Shown: positions 28,220 through 36,634, counted from the first letter of the stretch. The stretch: 64,000 nucleotides of DNA from a virus (IMGVR_UViG_3300014208_000025:180967-244966); one strand, 5' to 3'. Made by a program: numbers and translations. Notes: generated by a model not told the origin, from the letters alone.

Positions 28220-28519
28220 TTACCAGATTCGATGTTTTCGTTTGTCAAACTTGACAATATTTGTCGAAGTTCCATCAGGATGAAACTTAATGACACGAGC
28301 CCAAAAGTCTCGTTCAATAACTGCCATCGGGTCGTTTTCTGTTTTGTATTCTCGGTCAGACACCCGATGGTCTGTTCCATAAGCTTGTCTCACTACTACA
28401 TATGTTGGTGAGGGGTCGCCGGGTCGCCAATCTTCTTGTTCCCCTAATACGGTTGAAACAGGTGTCGGAGTAGGAACTGCGTCCGTCCTTGTCTTTTTTT
28501 GGTTTCTTTCGGTTGTCAT
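28220..28519 (-). CDS. Hypothetical protein (99 aa)
   Basis: ORF track; operon-like overlap. Confidence 0.55.
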   Translation of the reverse strand: MTTERNQKKTRTDAVPTPTPVSTVLGEQEDWRPGDPSPTYVVVRQAYGTDHRVSDREYKTENDPMAVIERDFWARVIKFHPDGTSTNIVKFDKRKHRIW

Positions 28520-28875
28520 GGATTGTTTAATTCAAACACTGTTTTGTGACAGTGTTTACATTGTCCGCCATCAGATTCAAAATCGTGGTTACATTCGGGT
28601 TTATGTGGTTCTTCTTCCACAAGTTTTCCCGAAACTTCATACAACTTTCCATTGATTCGTGTGTAGTATTGTTCGCCTTGTTCCTTCGGCCACATTCCTT
28701 CGACTTTAGCATTCAACGCACCCAAATCGGTAGAGTCGGCTTCGGCATGTATCCACAATTCGTTTATCAATACGTTAAACTCGGCCAAGAGTTCGGGAGT
28801 CAACTTGTCTTCAAAGGAATGAACTTTTGGCATGAAACTGCTACAATGCCAGCATTCACATTTTTTAACATTCAT
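28516..28875 (-). CDS. Hypothetical protein with Cys motifs (119 aa)
   Basis: CECWHC and CNH...CKHC motifs. Confidence 0.55.
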   Translation of the reverse strand: MNVKKCECWHCSSFMPKVHSFEDKLTPELLAEFNVLINELWIHAEADSTDLGALNAKVEGMWPKEQGEQYYTRINGKLYEVSGKLVEEEPHKPECNHDFESDGGQCKHCHKTVFELNNP

Positions 28876-28878
28876 AAA

Positions 28879-29271
28879 TCACGGGATTCTTCGTTTAGTT
28901 GGGTCAAACTTTAACACGATAGGTTTAGAATTAGTAGCTCCATCATCTATTGGAACTTGTTTTGGTTTATTGTATATCATCTTGTTTTGATTTGCAATTA
29001 ATTTTTCAGTGAGGAACTGAATGATAACTTCCGCATCTTCTCGATCAATGATAACATCTCCACCATCAAGATTTCTACCCATTACCAAAGTGTAAATCAT
29101 TTGGATGCGTTGCCAGAATGAAAAGGGTGCCGGTGTCTGATTCCAGACGGAGATATCAAAATCAGGAACCCCCCTATCTTCCATGTCATAGTCATCACAA
29201 GAAATTTCCAAAACGTGTCCGTGACATTTACAACGAATTAACAATGTGTTTTTATCACTGATTAGTGGCAT
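28879..29271 (-). CDS. Hypothetical protein (130 aa)
   Basis: ORF track; downstream of a TTGACT...TATAGT promoter. Confidence 0.55.
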   Translation of the reverse strand: MPLISDKNTLLIRCKCHGHVLEISCDDYDMEDRGVPDFDISVWNQTPAPFSFWQRIQMIYTLVMGRNLDGGDVIIDREDAEVIIQFLTEKLIANQNKMIYNKPKQVPIDDGATNSKPIVLKFDPTKRRIP

Positions 29272-29388
29272 ATTTCAATACTATACGATCAAGGAATGAA
29301 AGTCAATCCCAAAATTAAGTTTGTCAACGGACTATAGATATTGTAATTTCTAACGAAAGTTGAGAATATTTATAAATGTATTGTCATT

Positions 29389-30753
29389 ATGAACTTGTTA
29401 CCAATAGTTAAAAGAATTTTGTTGGAGAATGATATCCAGTTGGATGATTTATCCAAAGAAACGGAAATTCCAGAGCGAGGTTTGGAATTTTTGCGTGAGA
29501 AAATTGCCAAGTTGAATGCGAAAGCCGACCGTTGGGGAGTCCCACATATGGAGTTGGTCGTCGTTTCCGAACGGGACATTCCCATCAAAAATCAAAACAT
29601 GTGGGGCAGTGAAGAAAACCTCGGCGTCAAAAAACTCTACACCGTAAGAATTGATGGTAACGCTCCCCATGTTGAAGGTTACACATTCATCGGCAAAGTT
29701 CAACACACCACTGGCGGCGAGAACATTCTGAACATCGCTCCTAGTTCCCCCATCAAGAATCTTTCCGCCGTTTACCGAACCGCCAAGGCCGAGTGTGATG
29801 TTTGTAAAGAAAAACGTGAACGGTTCAACACTTTCATTTTACAATTAACCAAAGATGACACTGAACGTTTCCCTGATAAAAAGGTGGGTGATTTGATTCA
29901 AGTTGGAAGTGCGTGTTTGAGTCGTTTCTTGCCCGGCATATCGGTTGACGCCCTAATGAACTATGCTCGCTTGATTGAAGAACTGCGGGGCTTTCGTGAT
30001 GGTAGTGGTGGAGAAGAATGGGATGATGAAGGTGGGGATGGTGAAGCAAGCCAACCATATGCGTTCCGCCGGCATGTTGACACCGAAACCCTTCTAAAAT
30101 ACATTACATTGACTTACCGAGCCAGAGGCGAGTTTGTTTCCAAGAGCAAGGCCGGATTTGGAAAAGATCCAACCGCTGAAGAAGCCGTTCAAGTTATGTT
30201 TGACCGCAAACACCAAACGTGGGTTCACCAACAAGCCAAAACCAATCCATCAATTCACAATGATGCGGACGCTCTGGCCGCCAAAGTTAGTCATTGGATG
30301 AAAAGCATGGATTTCAATGAACTTGGAAAGAACTCTCCCGATTGGGCCAACTACTTTGGCAATCTAAACATCATTGCCCACGCTCCTACGATGGATATCA
30401 AGAATGCCAATTATCTTGGTGGAGTCTTCCAAACCTATCTGAGAATGGAACAGGAGAAAGAAAAAGAAGCTACTTCACAGGGTAAGGGGTATGTGGGAAC
30501 GGTCGGTCAGAGAGTGGCGTTTAACGGCACTTTGAAAGTGAAAAAGCCGCTGTCTTCTCAGTGGGGAGTCTCATTCTTGTATGTGTTCACGAACATGGAC
30601 CAGAATAACATCAAGTGGATTACCAACAAGGATATGGGATTTGAAGTCGGTCAAACATATAGCATGTCAGGCAAGGTAAAGTCACATGAGGTTGATAAGT
30701 GGTCAAAACAACCAACCACGGTGATAACTCATGGAAAACTTGAAACGATGTGA
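29389..30753 (+). CDS. Hypothetical protein with Zn-finger and C-terminal OB-like fold (454 aa)
   Basis: CDVC...QVGSACL Cys motifs; C-terminal YVGTVGQRV...SQWGVSFLYVF...IKW. Confidence 0.6.
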   Translation: MNLLPIVKRILLENDIQLDDLSKETEIPERGLEFLREKIAKLNAKADRWGVPHMELVVVSERDIPIKNQNMWGSEENLGVKKLYTVRIDGNAPHVEGYTFIGKVQHTTGGENILNIAPSSPIKNLSAVYRTAKAECDVCKEKRERFNTFILQLTKDDTERFPDKKVGDLIQVGSACLSRFLPGISVDALMNYARLIEELRGFRDGSGGEEWDDEGGDGEASQPYAFRRHVDTETLLKYITLTYRARGEFVSKSKAGFGKDPTAEEAVQVMFDRKHQTWVHQQAKTNPSIHNDADALAAKVSHWMKSMDFNELGKNSPDWANYFGNLNIIAHAPTMDIKNANYLGGVFQTYLRMEQEKEKEATSQGKGYVGTVGQRVAFNGTLKVKKPLSSQWGVSFLYVFTNMDQNNIKWITNKDMGFEVGQTYSMSGKVKSHEVDKWSKQPTTVITHGKLETM

Positions 30754-30884
30754 ATATAATCGTTACGACCATGTTAGACTCCACGTTGGATGCCTGAAAA
30801 AAACAGGCGGAGATTTCTTCCTACGCAAAAAAATAACCTGCCGCCGTTTCCAGCAGAAGGTGTGGTTTTATTTGAAAGGGATTC

Positions 30885-31562
30885 TTAGAGCCGTTCTACG
30901 GCTTTAGAGTTTACCATAACGTTTCTCTCCGTGAAACATGACAGATAATCCGCCAAGTGAATGATACGAGGCAGGTCAGTCTTCAAAAACAAATCAGGAT
31001 TGTATTGAATCAAGTATTTCTTGGAAGCTTCATTGTAGATACCATCCGCTAACTTGATACCCAAGTATTCCTTCCACGTCATCGGAATACCATACTTTTG
31101 AAGAAGGAATACTGCACGGTCAGTAACTTCCATGTATGGCAGATTAGGATTAAGTTTGTAAAGTTCGCCCTTCTTTTCTTTCCAAGATTCATTTTGAGCG
31201 ACGTAGTAATCACCGAATTCAGGGTCGCCCAACTTACCCAAGTCATGATGGAGAGCAGCGAAGACCATTTCTTCATCCGTCCAATCAACTGTGCCCCCGT
31301 TGATTTCATAGACCTTCTTTTGAGCGAAGGAATTTCGGACAACGTTCATTACGTGTTGAATGTAACCTCCTGGATGACACAGATGGAAATGTTCGGTGGT
31401 TGAAGCAGGTGACATGGCAAGACTTAATCCCAAATGTTCTTCAGAATACATTTTGAGCAGACGTTCTTTGCGTTCACCTTTGAATTCGTTACCAACGAAG
31501 GCAATGAATTCTTGATAGTTTTGTTGGATTTCAGCTTCGCTGAGGTTTGGTTTTGTAATCAT
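30885..31562 (-). CDS. HD-domain phosphohydrolase (225 aa)
   Basis: FHLCHPGGYIQH...LHHDLGKLG...LADG...IIHLADYLS. Confidence 0.85.
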   Translation of the reverse strand: MITKPNLSEAEIQQNYQEFIAFVGNEFKGERKERLLKMYSEEHLGLSLAMSPASTTEHFHLCHPGGYIQHVMNVVRNSFAQKKVYEINGGTVDWTDEEMVFAALHHDLGKLGDPEFGDYYVAQNESWKEKKGELYKLNPNLPYMEVTDRAVFLLQKYGIPMTWKEYLGIKLADGIYNEASKKYLIQYNPDLFLKTDLPRIIHLADYLSCFTERNVMVNSKAVERL

Positions 31563-31933
31563 AACGTGATATGGATTTTGGTTTTCGGTAGTTTGGTTTT
31601 GGTGGGATTTTTCAAAAATTGTTGGGTCAACACTTTTTGGATTTGGTCATGAATAGAATCATCGTGATTTTTACGATATTCACGAGCAACAATTTGGGAT
31701 TCTCGGTTACGAAATTTGGCAAGACTAGTTTTTTCAGGTGAAAATTCTCCAGCAAATTCTTTCATACGTGGAGACTTGAACTGAAATATCCATTCATTAT
31801 TAAAGTTGTGTCCATTGTCCCAATTATCAATCTCAAATTGCCAACCATCATCATATAACTTCTTGACAATTTTTACCAAATGTGGATATTGTTCGTAAAG
31901 AGATTCAAGTGTCATGGAAACATCATAACACAT
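31559..31933 (-). CDS. Hypothetical protein (124 aa)
   Basis: ORF track; overlaps the HD start by 4 nt. Confidence 0.55.
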   Translation of the reverse strand: MCYDVSMTLESLYEQYPHLVKIVKKLYDDGWQFEIDNWDNGHNFNNEWIFQFKSPRMKEFAGEFSPEKTSLAKFRNRESQIVAREYRKNHDDSIHDQIQKVLTQQFLKNPTKTKLPKTKIHITL

Positions 31934-31965
31934 TGGGGAAAAGAATCAACTTATTATATTGAAGA

Positions 31966-32056
31966 TGTCGGATAGTGAGCGAATCGAACGCTTCACCGGT
32001 TTTACCCGGAGCACTTTTCGAGAGTGCCGTAACAAACCAATATTTACCTACTATCC
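31966..32056 (-). tRNA. tRNA-Ser(CGA)
   Basis: GCACT-CTCGAAA-AGTGC arm, long variable arm, G73; ends ACA rather than CCA. Confidence 0.85.
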
Positions 32057-32058
32057 TT

Positions 32059-32226
32059 TTATGGTTTTAACCTACGACGCCCATTGCGTCGTTTACAAAC
32101 ACTACAACGTTCCCAATCACCGACCAGATTTCTATCACAAATACACCAATTGATTCCTTGTTTTGGAGAGTGAGCTTTATCCCGATTGGTCTGAGGATAT
32201 TCCTCATCGTAATACTTGAAATTCAT
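32059..32226 (-). CDS. Small hypothetical protein (55 aa)
   Basis: MNFKYYDEEYPQ...CICDR...CSVC; start moved downstream of the Ser tRNA. Confidence 0.5.
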   Translation of the reverse strand: MNFKYYDEEYPQTNRDKAHSPKQGINWCICDRNLVGDWERCSVCKRRNGRRRLKP

Positions 32227-32232
32227 AAAAAT

Positions 32233-32324
32233 TGGCGGAAGCGGGAGGATTCGAACCTCCGGGCCGGCTTTCGCCGACCTTCTGATTTCCAATCAGATGC
32301 CATAGTCCACTCTGCCACGCTTCC
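32233..32324 (-). tRNA. tRNA-Ser(GGA)
   Basis: TCTGA-TTGGAAA-TCAGA; class II arm; GCCA end. Confidence 0.95.
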
Positions 32325-32326
32325 AA

Positions 32327-32488
32327 TGTGACGGGATTCGAATGTTAGAATCATGTCTAACTCATACCCCTCTTTAGGCTCGGGGATAACCTACCACGGT
32401 CTTCGGGTGAACTTAACACCCTACTTATTGCCCGTGTTTCTGGCGTTAGTATCAAATACGGCGCCGAACAAACAATCCCACCCGTCAC
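32327..32488 (-). ncRNA. Unassigned multi-stem RNA (~160 nt)
   Basis: Terminal stem GTGACGGG/CCCGTCAC enclosing four hairpins; no ORF. Confidence 0.5.
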
Positions 32489-32492
32489 AAAT

Positions 32493-32566
32493 TGGCTGGG
32501 GATGGAGGAATCGAACCTTCACTTTGACTTTCAGAGTGTCCTTTGCTGCCACTACAACAATCCCCA
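32493..32566 (-). tRNA. tRNA-Gln(CUG)
   Basis: U1-A72, loop CTCTGAA, weak anticodon stem. Confidence 0.8.
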
Positions 32567-32650
32567 ATAAATTTGGCCGGTCTATTTTATCCACTATCAC
32601 AGTCGGAAATCGCTGTATAGACACCGTGGATTGACTCGGAATTCCGAAAT

Positions 32651-32724
32651 TGGTGGAGCCACGGAGAATCGCACTCCGATTTCAACGTTGCCGACGTTAT
32701 GTCCTACTATTGAACGATGACCCC
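32651..32724 (-). tRNA. tRNA-Ala(GGC)
   Basis: G3:U70, loop TCGGCAA (C33), variant T-loop TGCGATT. Confidence 0.85.
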
Positions 32725-32983
32725 AAATTTCACAAGATGCGTGATTTACAGTTTTCTCCGTTGTCCTTTTTACAACTCACAACTGTTGAACGTTTTTTCG
32801 TAGGCATCGCTACGACCTACCTCCGGCAGGATTTATCCCTTGTGGGTTTGGTTTCTTTAATAATTTGATTTGCTGTTACCGCACCTTTGATTAGCAACTT
32901 CACTCACCCGGTCCTCGTAAGGCTAGACCCCCGCTTCTCTCATACACATCTACCATGTTTGAGCCGGTACCTCATTACTAAAT

Positions 32984-33086
32984 TGGTTGCTGAAGCACAG
33001 GAGTCGAACCTGCTATCTACACCTTATGAGGGTGTAATGATTCATCAAGGAATTTCTTCCAAGACTTTCCGTTTCACTCGCCAGCG
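32984..33086 (-). tRNA. Atypical CAU tRNA (Met/Ile2) with D-arm insertion
   Basis: TACACC-CTCATAA-GGTGTA; ~20 extra nt in the D region; irregular T-stem/acceptor junction. Confidence 0.6.
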
Positions 33087-33148
33087 AAATTCAAAGAACT
33101 GCCTATAAGTATCTACGATAGACACAAAATGTCAAGTCAAAAATGATT

Positions 33149-33222
33149 TGGTGGAGCCGAAGGGAATTGAACCCTTATCTGTTCAGTGCGAGTGAACTGT
33201 CCTACCGTTGAACGACGACCCC
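33149..33222 (-). tRNA. tRNA-Ala(CGC)
   Basis: GTTCA-CTCGCAC-TGAAC; G3:U70; ACCA. Confidence 0.9.
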
Positions 33223-33816
33223 ATATCCTTTGTATTCTTTTTGTTTTCCACAAATGACTCGTAACAGCATCGATGGTGATATTCCTTTTTCACGACAAAA
33301 TTTTCTCAATCCAACGATTTCTATTGGATTTCCATTTGAGTCATTCACCACGTATTTCTTTTTTACTCCTGAATTGGGCTTGGGAATACCTGTTACGGCT
33401 TTTTTCATTTTCGTAATCCAGTCATCACTCATTTTCTTTCCCCAGTTGGGATGATTCTTTCCACTCAGAGAAGCAGACATTTTGGCAACAGTTTCCGGCG
33501 TGGCTTTACATCCCAATCTACTGGCTCTTGGAGTTCTGCACATGTTATATCCATGTTCGTCTTTGAATGAATGTAGTTTCCGAATCCAATGTTCTTCTTG
33601 GTCCACCAATAACGTCTTAGAACAACGTTCAACAATTTCATAAACAAAACAATTCCCCCCATATTTGTTCCACGCATTTTGAAGGTATGGGTTAAAATGG
33701 TCGCCACGATTAAGAGAAAGTTTATGTTGGCTCCACCGTTTGTTTAACTTTCCAGTAGAACCAAGATATCGTTTTCCATTAACAACATTCCGAATAGCAT
33801 AAACACCTATGTTCAT
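33202..33816 (-). CDS. GIY-YIG homing endonuclease with NUMOD3 motifs (204 aa)
   Basis: GVYAIRNVVNGKRYLGST, RWSQH, GYNM; ETVAKMSASLSGKNHPNWGKK; stop lies inside tRNA-Ala(CGC). Confidence 0.9.
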   Translation of the reverse strand: MNIGVYAIRNVVNGKRYLGSTGKLNKRWSQHKLSLNRGDHFNPYLQNAWNKYGGNCFVYEIVERCSKTLLVDQEEHWIRKLHSFKDEHGYNMCRTPRASRLGCKATPETVAKMSASLSGKNHPNWGKKMSDDWITKMKKAVTGIPKPNSGVKKKYVVNDSNGNPIEIVGLRKFCREKGISPSMLLRVICGKQKEYKGYGVVVQR

Positions 33817-33827
33817 GACTATAAGTA

Positions 33828-34102
33828 TTGAAAGAGTTAGCCAAGATTCTGTTTTAATCTAACATTTATCTCAAAACTTTCGTTTTGGTGACGTGCTAAT
33901 AGTCACTGCTCCAACCATTCCTTAATAATGAATAACTCACATTCTCAGGACTTTAGGATTGCTGCGGATTTGTGGTTTTATCGGACTTGTCTAAACTACC
34001 CAATTTCTGAGTTTAAGCAAGTCCTCCCAAACAACGAGTTAAGCAGTCTTGAACTTCCTCTAAATGAAGGCTTTACTCCATTCAGCGTTAGAATTCTTCC
34101 AA
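33828..34102 (-). ncRNA. rnpB: RNase P RNA, compact, reduced S-domain
   Basis: P1 TTGGAAGA/TCTTTCAA; P2 TCTAACG/TGTTAGA; CR-I GAGGAAGTTCAAGA pairs with CR-V ACAGAATCTTGGCT (P4 with bulged U); CR-IV AGATAAATG; P5 CTGC/GCAG-CAA; P6 TAACTC/GAGTTA; L15 GGT; GAAA-capped P18. Confidence 0.85.
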
Positions 34103-34151
34103 ATTCAAAGAACTATGGCAAAGATACCACAAATCCAATTGGTGTCAACGT

Positions 34152-34376
34152 TTATTTTGGTTCATTTTCACCCATTCTTTGAGCAGCTTTTGCAACTGCT
34201 AAACCCAACGTCAGTGTCACGTAGGAAGAATCAATCGGTTTCAATTCCTTGAAATGAATCGTGTTGTATGTAATGTTGAAACACAAGACCAACATCCAAA
34301 GGAAAAACACCAAACGCATCATGGAGTAACCCTCGGCGTTATCCTCGAAAAATGATTTCAGTTGGGTCAAATCCAT
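34152..34376 (-). CDS. Small two-TM protein, holin-like (74 aa)
   Basis: YSMMRLVFFLWMLV and YVTLTLGLAVAKAAQ hydrophobic segments, charged C-terminus. Confidence 0.45.
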   Translation of the reverse strand: MDLTQLKSFFEDNAEGYSMMRLVFFLWMLVLCFNITYNTIHFKELKPIDSSYVTLTLGLAVAKAAQRMGENEPK

Positions 34377-34379
34377 AAA

Positions 34380-34718
34380 TTACCTCGGCACCGTATAATT
34401 AAATTCCAATGGAGCCGATGGAGCATTCGTCGGATAACTCAACTCAGATGACGGTTTCGAAGTGCCTACTCCATTCTTGGCCACAAGGCGGAATTTGTAT
34501 GTGCCAGCGGTCAACCCCTTTATTACTCCGACATTGGTTGTTCCGGATATGGTAACAACCGCAACAAAATTGGTGTTGGGAGATTTGCTTTGTTCAATGA
34601 CATAACTTGTCACGAACTCATTGGTCGGATTGTGTTTCCACGTAAACCAAAAATCGCCGGCAAACACACAGGATGATAAAATCATCAAGGTTATACTAAT
34701 GAATAGGAATTTCTTCAT
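34380..34718 (-). CDS. Secreted FN3-domain protein (112 aa)
   Basis: Signal peptide MKKFLFISITLMIL; LTAGTYKFRLVAKNGVGTSKPS. Confidence 0.75.
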   Translation of the reverse strand: MKKFLFISITLMILSSCVFAGDFWFTWKHNPTNEFVTSYVIEQSKSPNTNFVAVVTISGTTNVGVIKGLTAGTYKFRLVAKNGVGTSKPSSELSYPTNAPSAPLEFNYTVPR

Positions 34719-34731
34719 GTCAATAAATAGG

Positions 34732-35088
34732 TTACTTCACGTTGAAAAGTTTGAAATCTGTTGGAGCCGTCGGAATAGAATTTGTTAACGGCGGTGTGGA
34801 GTTGGTGGAAGTGTAATTGACTTCGTTGGATGGGAGACTTTCAACTCCATTAATTGTATAAGCCGTGGCCACGAAGAAATAAGTGACTCCGTTGGTCGGT
34901 AGTTGAATGGTAACGTTGGTTTGATTTCCAACGTCAACTCTAATTTTATAACTTCCACTATTGGTGCCATAAAGAATAGCATACCCAGTAACATTTGAAT
35001 CAGGACTCGGATCCCAAGCTAATCCGACCGCAAACAAAGACATTACAGTTAGTAACATCAATATAACAAATACAAAGAATTTTTTCAC
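34732..35088 (-). CDS. Secreted FN3-domain protein (118 aa)
   Basis: GTG start MKKFFVFVILM; LAWDPSPDSNVTGYAILYGTNSGSY...TYFFVATAY...ESLPSNEV. Confidence 0.75.
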   Translation of the reverse strand: MKKFFVFVILMLLTVMSLFAVGLAWDPSPDSNVTGYAILYGTNSGSYKIRVDVGNQTNVTIQLPTNGVTYFFVATAYTINGVESLPSNEVNYTSTNSTPPLTNSIPTAPTDFKLFNVK

Positions 35089-35094
35089 AAAAAA

Positions 35095-35178
35095 TGGTGT
35101 TACTGGAGAGATTCGAACTCTCATGGAATTACCCGATAGGTCCTTAGCCTATTGTGTCTGCCGTTCCACCACAGTAAC
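35095..35178 (-). tRNA. tRNA-Leu(AAG)
   Basis: ATAGG-CTAAGGA-CCTAT; Leu-type D-loop GGAACGGCAGAC, class II arm, A73. Confidence 0.85.
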
Positions 35179-35185
35179 AAAATGT

Positions 35186-35464
35186 TTACACCAAAACCAA
35201 TTCAAGCAATCCTCCACGGTCCAAAATTTCATATTCCATTGCTCTGGTCTTTTGTTCATCGGTCGGGTCATGACTGAAATTACACCGTCCCAAAATCAAA
35301 GTCAAGAGATTATATTTTTGATTCCATGTTTTGGCACCCACAGAATCATACAAATCGGTCAAATATTGATCGGCTTCTTTGTTGAATCTATACTCTTGAC
35401 GTTCACGAAACAGACTCGCCGTTTTAAGTCCAGATTCATCTATTGTAACGGTTGTTGTTTTCAT
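35186..35464 (-). CDS. Hypothetical protein (92 aa)
   Basis: ORF track; fits between two tRNAs. Confidence 0.55.
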   Translation of the reverse strand: MKTTTVTIDESGLKTASLFRERQEYRFNKEADQYLTDLYDSVGAKTWNQKYNLLTLILGRCNFSHDPTDEQKTRAMEYEILDRGGLLELVLV

Positions 35465-35468
35465 AAAA

Positions 35469-35542
35469 TGGTAGGAGATATTGGAATCGAACCAATGCCT
35501 GAATCGTGTAAAGATTCCCGTCTGCCATTAGCATAATCTCCC
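35469..35542 (-). tRNA. tRNA-Val(UAC)
   Basis: GAATC-TTTACAC-GATTC; ACCA. Confidence 0.9.
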
Positions 35543-35551
35543 ATTCAAAAA

Positions 35552-35690
35552 TAACGACGGTTGGGTTACGGGAAAGGGTCAAATCTTTTATCTGTTCTTG
35601 TACTTTGAACAAACCCACTCACTCTCCATCATTCTAAACGGGAGCTTATCCCCGTCAGTGTATCAACATCGTGAGCTTGCTGACCGTCAT
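35552..35690 (-). ncRNA. Unassigned structured RNA (~138 nt) abutting an HNH stop codon
   Basis: Terminal stem ATGACGGT/ACCGTCGT; hairpins GTCAG/CTGAC, ACGGG/CCCGT, TTTGTTC/GAACAGA. Confidence 0.45.
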
Positions 35691-36073
35691 TAAAGTTTAA
35701 TTATTCCTTCCTCGATTTCACCATGACAATTGGCACATACCAATACACATTTTTTTGCTTCTTTTATAGAAGCATATTTTCCATGCGTATAAACCATTTC
35801 ACTGACACCGCCAATTTTTTCAGATGGTATTTTGTGATGAAAGTGTAATGATGTAAAACACCTATCATATTCGCAAATGAAACATTTACCCCCCGATTCT
35901 ACTTTCAAATCTTTAATAGTTTTTTTTCTATTTTTATTTCTATAGTCACGATATGATTGTTTTACTTTTTCTGAACAATGATATGAAACCGTTGCTTTAG
36001 AACATCCTAAAATTTGAACTATTTCTTTATTGGGTTTTCCTTCACCTTTTAACCGTAAAATTTTTTCTTTCAT
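35690..36073 (-). CDS. HNH endonuclease with N-terminal HTH (127 aa)
   Basis: CFICEY...LHFHHKIP...CVLVCANCHGEIE; start moved to MKEKILRL. Confidence 0.85.
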   Translation of the reverse strand: MKEKILRLKGEGKPNKEIVQILGCSKATVSYHCSEKVKQSYRDYRNKNRKKTIKDLKVESGGKCFICEYDRCFTSLHFHHKIPSEKIGGVSEMVYTHGKYASIKEAKKCVLVCANCHGEIEEGIIKL

Positions 36074-36122
36074 ATTTATAAGTAGTTCAAATCTATATGA
36101 AAGACCAATTTTATTTGAAATA

Positions 36123-36200
36123 TGGTCGGAAAGCCGGGATTTGAACCCGGAATCTTCTGAACCCAAATCAGACGCGATAGCCAAATTACGCTACTTTCCG
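36123..36200 (-). tRNA. tRNA-Pro(UGG)
   Basis: TCTGA-TTTGGGT-TCAGA; C1-G72, A73. Confidence 0.95.
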
Positions 36201-36392
36201 ATAACGAGATACTGATTTACTGTTGACTCAGGATGATATATTTGTGTCGTCATCACTCGACTCATGATGCTCTTTCGAGCAGTTTTGGGTTGCTGTATGT
36301 ATCTCAAACTTGTGGTTCTGCTTTGGCACATTTTCTTGCCTGCCGATTAAACGACCCGGCTCATGCTCGGTTAGAACCCTTAACCTTAGATT

Positions 36393-36466
36393 TGGTGGGC
36401 GATAAAGGAATCGAACCTTTGCCTAGACTGTGTGAGAGTCCCATTCTCCCATTATACTAATCGCCC
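36393..36466 (-). tRNA. tRNA-Val(CAC)
   Basis: GGACT-CTCACAC-AGTCT. Confidence 0.9.
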
Positions 36467-36627
36467 AAATTCTTTCTTGCCCACGCAATATATTTTTCCG
36501 TTATTGGTGCGTCAGACAAGTATGTGACACCGTAAGGTACTTCCTCGCCACGTTTCCAAGCATCTTCAACCATTGCTAGAAACTTAGGTCTTACTTGGTC
36601 AATATCTTTTCGGTCTAACGCTTTCAT
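36457..36627 (-). CDS. Small hypothetical protein (56 aa)
   Basis: MKALDRKDIDQVRPKF...ARKNLGD; stop inside tRNA-Val(CAC). Confidence 0.5.
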   Translation of the reverse strand: MKALDRKDIDQVRPKFLAMVEDAWKRGEEVPYGVTYLSDAPITEKYIAWARKNLGD

Positions 36628-36634
36628 ATTAAAT

